Below are positions 56,380-64,000 of a DNA stretch of 64,000 bases, piece after piece; positions within the stretch are counted from its first letter, which is position 1; each line of letters starts with the position of its first letter. Below the pieces are notes generated by a model. The model saw only the letters and a program-made list of their open reading frames with translations. It searched no databases and was not told the DNA's origin. The stretch is from Chrysomallon squamiferum. Taxonomy: Eukaryota > Animalia > Mollusca. The DNA is taken from contig CM022667.1 in NCBI GenBank assembly GCA_012295275.1, forward strand, positions 4,340,001 to 4,404,000. The letters are read 5' to 3'. The translations under genes were made by a program, and so were the position numbers.

Positions 56380-56830
56380 GATTAATTTTCGCCAAATCTG
56401 ATAACGTCTGAACAGGTTCTGTGAACCGACTCCGTTTATTTAAAAATACCAATAATAATGGCCGCCACTGCCCATAGACAACAGTAAACGGTTTACGTCA
56501 ACCGTTGTCAAGCCACTCTCTCTCTGATGACGTATTTCCTGTTTCAAAACTAGACCGGTTCACCAATCAGAACGTTCTCATAGTTATACGTTATTAGCCG
56601 TCACGTGATATTTATGGGCCAATTTCTCTGAAGTGCTTTTGAACGGCGACGATTTTCTTACTTGAGAGTTGGTAGAAAATAAAAATGACTTATATCTTTG
56701 TAGTTCGTTAATTTATTTATCCCACGCGTTGTTCGGGAAACGCTGAATGGGAAGATGCGTCGACAAATGTGGGCAGTGAACGGTCGTTGTGAAGGGTTTA
56801 CAAGTAAAATAGATAGATTGGAAATGTTGA
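56380..56830. promoter_or_regulatory. Promoter/enhancer-like CpG-rich island enclosed by the inverted repeat
   Basis: ATGGCCGCC (~56458), TTACGTCA (~56493), TGACGTA (~56528), CCAATCAG (~56563) and CACGTG (56602). Confidence 0.35.
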
Positions 56831-57046
56831 TCATGGTTTTTTTTGTTTTTTTTCATGTGACTGATTACTGCCCGTTTGTAAAAGAATATTTATAGTTCAT
56901 TTTGTTTGTGTTTTGTTTCGTTGTTGTTGTTTTTTTGTGTGTTTTTTGTTTGTTTTTGTTTTGTTGTTATTTTGTTTTTTTGGGTGTGTTTTTTTACTAT
57001 TTATTTATTTATTATATAATTAGCATCATCATCATCATCATCATCA

Positions 57047-57111
<65 letters not shown>

Positions 57112-57367
57112 TTTATTTATTTATTTATTTATTTATTATTTTATTTTTTATTTATTTATTTTTCTTTGGAGCGTGTTTTCGATTAATTTTTTATTTTTTC
57201 TTATTTTCTTATTAATTATTATTGTTGTTGTTGCTGCTGTTGCTTATTTATCTTCTTGACTGATTAGCAGTTAGGAATTAGACAGTTGAATGTTTAAAGA
57301 AAGAATGAATATAAAAAATATAATTTAGAATTTTTGTATTAAATTACTAGAAAAAGAGAGGACATCC

Positions 57368-57475
<108 letters not shown>

Positions 57476-57837
57476 AGACAGACACAGAGAGGCAGAGAGA
57501 GTAAATATTGTCCATCAGATGAATGTAATGTTGTTTTGAGAACAGGATCTGTGTATGTATACACACGTAATTTCTCCATTTCAAAGACCGATTCATCTTT
57601 ATTATCTCTTGTAACCAGTTCGATCTGCCTTTGGCATTTCTCTAACTGTCGTTTTGGTCGTGTGGAAAGTCACAAGTTTGATCCTGCTTTGTCTTGCGAT
57701 TATTAACGATTGTTACTAAATAAGGACACTGACACGTTCGTTTCAGCATTTTTTTACTACCGTTTTTATTATGTTTTTATCGTCTTTATTTGTTAAATAA
57801 CATTTCTTTTATCATTATTTTTTTTAATTATTATTAT

Positions 57838-57873
57838 AAACTTAATGGCGTCAAATGAAGAAACGATAACTCG
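57838..57873. repeat. Long-range inverted repeat, right arm (36 nt)
   Basis: aaacttaatggcgtcaaatgaagaaacgataactcg; complement of 55752-55787 with one C/C mismatch and a 2050-nt spacer. Confidence 0.95.
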
Positions 57874-58936
57874 GAATACGTACACAGAAAACGTGGCGGG
57901 TCGGAAACACGTCGTTTTTCATATGAAATAGCTTCAAAATGGATGGCACAAAGTTGAGATCACATTTATTATTTAAAAGCGTTCACGTTACTCCGGACGC
58001 ATTAAGACTTCTAACAAATGTCTTTACGAGCCGAGCTTGGTTCCAGTGTTATCGGCTGGTGTTATCTACCAATAATAATAATAAAAAAATGTATACCTAA
58101 TTGCACTGATAAATTCAGCAGATAAAACCGATGAGTGGAAACGCTGAGGAAATAATAGAAATTGCATGAAAAATAAACAGAAAATCAATAACGCGAACGC
58201 ACGAAGGATCGATTTGTGCGATAACCGAAATTGCCTCACGTGCAGTGAGGACTGAGGGTTCTGGAAGTATCAGAGTGTTTGGCAGACGAGTCAGGAACCT
58301 GAAAACTGCAGAGCGAGTCGCGGTGAGTTTGGTCAAATTCCTGCCTCTGTGAACACAGGCGAACAAGAACCAGAAAACTGCAGAAAAAAAAAAAAAAAAA
58401 TGTTGGAACGTTTGGAAAATAATTTAACGTTAAAAGTACTCTCTCTTAGGGATTTAGAAAAACATATTTCTGGTGTTCTCGGTCAACTTAATATAAAAAT
58501 TCTGTTCAGACAAGAAACTACGAAACTCTCTCTCTCACTTGAAGGCCATGAATTAGTATTTCCTCAGTATATGCGAACTGATCTGTAGATTTTATTTATT
58601 TATTTAATCTGGTACTAAATTTAATTTTCTAGAATTATTATTTCTATTTTTTTTTTCTTTCTTATCATTTGTTTTTCGTTTTCTGTTTTCGTTTAAGACG
58701 AGTAAGACAAACGGAATGTTACAAATATTGATCAATCCCGTTATCTTTGTAATCACCATTCAGTCATCATCATCATCATCATCTTGTAATTACTGACATC
58801 GTTATCACGTGACATCGGCGATACCCGGTGATTTATCACCCGTGACTCCTGCAGATGTGGAATTTGCAGCATTCTCAGAAATATGTGAACTACGTCACCC
58901 TTTCTTGTACTAATTAACTTGACGGAAGCCGGTACC

Positions 58937-58949
58937 GGGTCAGAGGTCA
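58937..58949 (+). promoter_or_regulatory. DR1 nuclear-receptor element GGGTCA-g-AGGTCA
   Basis: Consensus DR1 (RXR/COUP-TF/HNF4-type). Motif only. Confidence 0.4.
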
Positions 58950-59560
58950 AAGTGCCTCGGGTTCTGGCAGCTCTTGATTCAGGACCCGCTACTGCGTTAT
59001 TAACACCGACTGAACAATGTCTAACAAACGTCTGTACTGATTCTTCTAGGCTACGTTTCTTATTAGACGTTCCAAATATATATATATATATATGATCATC
59101 ATCATCGTCATTTTCCAAAAAAAATTCTTTTCTGTTGTTTTTCCTCTTTTCTTTCTTTTCATTTTTTTTTTTTTTTTTTTTTTTTTTATTTGCAATCTTA
59201 CAAATCATCATTAATTCTAAAAAATCTAAAGAACATGATCCTTTTTTTTTTTTTAATCAAAAAAAAAAAAAATTCTTAAAACTATATTTTTGACTTTTCA
59301 CTTATTAGTATTCTTCCGCGTCGTCGACTGATGACTGATACAATTTATACGCTTAGTTAGCGAAGCGTCGCTTGCGCTTTGGAGCATTACTTGAAGATCG
59401 CCCAATAGACAGAAGTCTTCTAAGTTGAGACTTGATTTGACATTAAATACGACTGATTTAATTCGATAGATCTAACGAGGGACGGCTGAGAAGGAATTAG
59501 TACCGAGTCAACCGGATGTTATCTTGTACAAATGATAATACTATTTTCCATATCCATTAC

Positions 59561-62105
59561 CGTTTGTTTTGCGTACGCGAGTAACGTTTAGCTTTAGTTG
59601 AACGTGTGTTTTACGTTTAGCTTTAGTTGAACGTGTGTTTTACGTTTAGCTTTAGTTGAACGTGTGTTTTACGTTTAGCTTTAGTTGAACGTTTGTTTTG
59701 CGTTAATGAGTAACGTTTAGCTTTAGTTGAACGTGTGTTTTACGTTTAGCTTTAGTTGAACGTGTGTTTTACGTTTAGCTTTAGTTGAACGTTTGCTTTA
59801 GTTGAACGTTTGTTTTGCGTTAATGAGTAACGTTTAGCTTTAGTTGAACGTGTGTTTTACGTTTAGCTTTAGTTGAACGTGTGTTTTACGTTTAGCTTTA
59901 GTTGAACGTGTGGTTTACGTTTAGCTTTAGTTGAACGTGTGTTTTACGTTTAGCTTTAGTTGAACGTTTGTTTTGCGTTAATGAGTAACGTTTAGCTTTA
60001 GTTGAACGTGTGTTTTACGTTTAGCTTTAGTTGAACGTTTGTTTTGCGTTAATGAGTAACGTTTAGCTTTAGTTGAACGTGTGTTTTACGTTTAGCTTTA
60101 GTTGAACGTTTGTTTTGCGTTAATGAGTAACGTTTAGCTTTAGTTGAACGTGTGTTTTACGTTTAGCTTTAGTTGAACGTGTGTTTTACGTTTAGCTTTA
60201 GTGGAACGTTTGTTTTACGTTAATAGGTAACGTTTAGCTTTAGTTGAACGTGTTTTACGTTTTTTAGTTGAACGTTTGTTTTGCGTTAATGAGTAACGTT
60301 TAGCTTTAGTTGAACGTGTGTTTTACGTTTAGCTTTAGTTGAACGTGTGTTTTACGTTTAGCTTTAGTGGAACGTTTGTTTTACGTTAATAGGTAACGTT
60401 TAGCTTTAGTTGAACGTGTGTTTTACGTTTAGCTTTAGTTGAACGTTTGTTTTGCGTTAATGAGTAACGTTTAGCTTTAGTTGAACGTGTGTTTTAGCTT
60501 TAGTTGAACGTGTGTTTTACGTTTAGCTTTAGTGGAACGTTTGTTTTACGTTAATAGGTAACGTTTAGCTTTAGTTGAACGTGTGTTTTACGTTTAGCTT
60601 TAGTGGAACGTTTGTTTTACGTTAATAGGTAACGTTTAGCTTTAGTTGAACGTTTGTTTTACGTTTAGCTTTAGTGGAACGTTTGTTTTACGTTAATAGG
60701 TAACGTTTAGCTTTAGTTGAACGTGTGTTTTACGTTTAGCTTTAGTTGAACGTGTGTTTTACGTTTAGCTTTAGTGGAACGTTTGTTTTACGTTAATAGG
60801 TAACGTTTAGCTTTAGTTGAACGTTTGTTTTACGTTTAGCTTTAGTGGAACGTTTGTTTTACGTTAATAGGTAACGTTTAGCTTTAGTTGAACGTGTGTT
60901 TTACGTTTAGCTTTAGTGGAACGTTTGTTTTACGTTAATAGGTAACGTTTAGCTTTAGTTGAACGTGTGTTTTACGTTTAGCTTTAGTGGAACGTTTGTT
61001 TTACGTTAATAGGTAACGTTTAGCTTTAGTTGAACGTGTGTTTTACGTTTAGCTTTAGTGGAACGTTTGTTTTACGTTAATAGGTAACGTTTAGCTTTAG
61101 TTGAACGTGTGTTTTACGTTTAGCTTTAGTTGAACGTGTGTTTTACGTTTAGCTTTAGTGGAACGTTTGTTTTACGTTAATAGGTAACGTTTAGCTTTAG
61201 TTGAACGTGTGTTTTACGTTTAGCTTTAGTGGAACGTTTGTTTTACGTTAATAGGTAACGTTTAGCTTTAGTTGAACGTGTGTTTTACGTTTAGCTTTAG
61301 TGGAACGTTTGTTTTACGTTAATAGGTAACGTTTAGCTTTAGTTGAACGTGTGTTTTACGTTTAGCTTTAGTTGAACGTGTGTTTTACGTTTAGCTTTAG
61401 TGGAACGTTTGTTTTACGTTAACAGTAACGTGTAGCTTTAGTTGAACGTGTGTTTTACGTTTAGTAACGTTTAGTTGAAGTTGAACGTTTGTTTTGCGTT
61501 AATGAGTAACGTTTAGCTTTAGTTGAAACGTGTTTTACGTTTAGCTTTAGTTGAACGTGTTTTACGTTTTACGTTTAGCTTTAGTGGAACGTTTGTTTTA
61601 CGTTAATAGGTAACGTTTAGCTTTAGTTGAACGTGTGTTTTACGTTTAGCTTTAGTTGAACGTGTGTTTTACGTTTAGCTTTAGTGGAACGTTTGTTTTA
61701 CGTTAATAGGTAACGTTTAGTTTTAGTTGAACGTGTGTTTTACGTTTAGCTTTAGTTGAACGTGTGTTTTACGTTTAGCTTTAGTGGAACGTTTGTTTTA
61801 CGTTAACAGTAACGTGTAGCTTTAGCTGAACGTGTGTTTTACGTACGCGAGTAACGTTTAGGTTTAGTGGAACGTTTGTTTTACGTTAACAGTAACGTTT
61901 AGCTTTAGTTGAACGTTTGTTTTACGAACGCGAGTAACGTTTAGCTTTAGTTGAACGTTTGTTTTACGTTAACGTTTAGCTTTAGTTGAACGTTTGTTTT
62001 ACGAACGCGAGTAACGTTTAGCTTTAGCTGAACGTTTGGTTTACGTACGCGAGTAACGTTTAGCTTTAGCTGAACGTTTGGTTTACGTGACTGAGTAACG
62101 TTTGC
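59561..62105. repeat. Satellite of 29-bp (acgtttagctttagttgaacgtgtgtttt) and 42-bp (29-bp plus 13-bp insert) units in 71/100-bp higher-order repeats
   Basis: Read directly. Insert variants are gcgtacgcgagta, gcgttaatgagta, acgttaataggta and acgttaacagta. Confidence 0.97.
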
Positions 62106-63832
62106 TTTTGTTAAACATTTCTTCCACTGCGTATTTTAAAACCATTTTTACATTTTTTTTCGATCCGCAGACATTTGTTGAGTTCATAAATATACATTTT
62201 AACAGTTTTTTAGAATGAGAGTTAAAGAACTTTGCTGATTTTTTTAAAGGTCTGTTTATTTATTAACTGATTCCGTTCTTAACTTATTTTATTTAGTTTT
62301 CGTTTTTCTTTTTAAATTTTTCTTATATTGTTCTTTGTTCTTCTTTTTAAATTTTTCTTTTATTTATTCTTTGTTCTTCTTTTTAAATTTTTCTTTTATT
62401 TCTTTTTTTGATTTTTCTCAGTAATGCAGTGATCTTTTTAATTTTTAAAAAAAAAATGTTATGTTTTAAGAATACATAACAAACGTTATAGAAAGAAATA
62501 TCTCAAACAAACAAATACCAAGAAAATTAAGAATTATGTATAATAACTGACAAAAGGTGCTAAAAAAAATCTGCTGCTTGTTTTATGAAAAGACGCGTGT
62601 TTCAGAAGTAATCTCTTCCACCTTTTACTTATCAGTGCCACGTATTGGAATGAAGGAAAGGAAAAAGAAATTAACAAGAGAATATTTTCGAGTCTATGAT
62701 TAAATTAAATAAAGCCAAAATATCGAAATAACACACATGCAAATACACACACGAACGCACAGACACACACACATTAAAAAAAAATAATAATAATAAAAAT
62801 AACAATAATAATAATGAAGGCCGTGTCAGTAATAAGAATACAGATAATAAGCCTTATAATAATAAGTGCAATAAAATGACGAGTTTGGTGGGGGGGTTTT
62901 TAAGGTACACATCATGTTAGGGTAAAGATTTCTGAACACTGAACTGGACTGCAGAAAGTCCATTGATGTCGTATGTGTGTATATTTTACATACGTTAACT
63001 TGTTTTCTTCACTTGTTCGGAACAGTAATAATAATATGGTAATATCGTAACAGTTGTTGCTGTTATTGATGTTGTAGTAATACTAATAGTAGTTGAAGAG
63101 GTAGTAGTAGTTAGTGTTGTTGTAATATCTGTAAAAGTAGTAGTTGTAGTAGTAATAAAAATAATGACAAATTCTGTTCACGTTAGTTATGACATCATCA
63201 AAATGTAACATTTTTGGCGTCATTTATAAGCATCATGGAACAGTCGAGAATGGTGTTGCTGTTGTTGTTTGTGTTGTTGTTATGTTTTTTTGTTTTCTGT
63301 TCTTATTACTGTTTTCTTCTTCTCTTTCTTCTTTTTTCTATTTAATGGATCAGTACTTTTCACGTTTCACTTTTGTTTAATGTTTTTGAGAAACCTACCT
63401 AAATGAGAATTGAGAATTAAACTTATCCAGTTCCACTAAAGTGCTCTGAAACACAAGACGTGTAAAACTGTGGCTTGTCAAAGATTTAACGTTTTCTTCC
63501 TGTTGCTATTTGCATAACGGATACTGACCTTAAATATCGACAGTGGTCCTGTGAAATAACTCGAATAACAGCGGTGAACTTAAGTACATAATAGCTGCCG
63601 GTCAATATTTTATTCCAGAGAATAATTTACCAGTCAGCATGTGTTTTGTTTTTTTTATTGTCAGCTTATCAACTGTATGTTTATTTGACTCTTTTTTAAT
63701 ATACCATTAGTAAGATACAATGACGGAAATCCGTAGCTCAAACAGTGTATACTTTAGCTAATTAAAGAAATACACAATTAGGAAATTGACATTTTCATCT
63801 TTATGCTACTTCAGTACCTGACCAGTTGTCCT

Positions 63833-63907
63833 TTGATATTCTGTACGTCGACATTCTGACCATTGATATTTTGTTTGTCGACATTTCAGCCGTTGACATT
63901 TTGTTCT
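63833..63907. repeat. Degenerate 15-bp tandem repeat (tYgaYattYtg....), 5 units; possible MITE-internal repeat
   Basis: ttgatattctgtacg / tcgacattctgacca / ttgatattttgtttg / tcgacatttcagccg / ttgacattttgttct. Confidence 0.7.
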
Positions 63908-64000
63908 ACAAATCCAAGTATTTCATTTTCCTTCGCGAAACTTTTGTTTCGAAAACTTTACTGAATTCCGCCAGTTACTGAATAGTGTTAATAATTTTTC

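Overview
AT-rich (roughly 30% GC by eye), microsatellite-saturated eukaryotic DNA. The repeat spectrum and LINE type suggest an invertebrate metazoan, probably a mollusc (inference). No intact protein-coding gene is recognisable, and nearly all ORFs in the track are simple-repeat translations. Well supported features are: a heavily deleted non-LTR retrotransposon (~1.9-3.6 kb); a duplicated composite satellite cassette with a ~6.1 kb 34-bp array (10.6-17.6 kb); 21-bp and 25-bp minisatellites; and a 29/42-bp higher-order satellite (59.6-62.1 kb). Between the simple repeats lie CpG-retaining islands with many CRE, E-box, DR1/DR2 and X-box motifs and one CTCF-like motif, consistent with the regulatory or intronic landscape of a large gene. 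There are tentative + strand exons (22350-22377, 28084/28207-28405, 37611-37649). The most unusual signals are a 35/36-nt inverted repeat whose arms lie 2 kb apart with nested weaker helices (55.5-58.0 kb), a pre-miRNA-like hairpin at 49.9 kb, and a cluster of seven perfect CREs around a candidate start exon.
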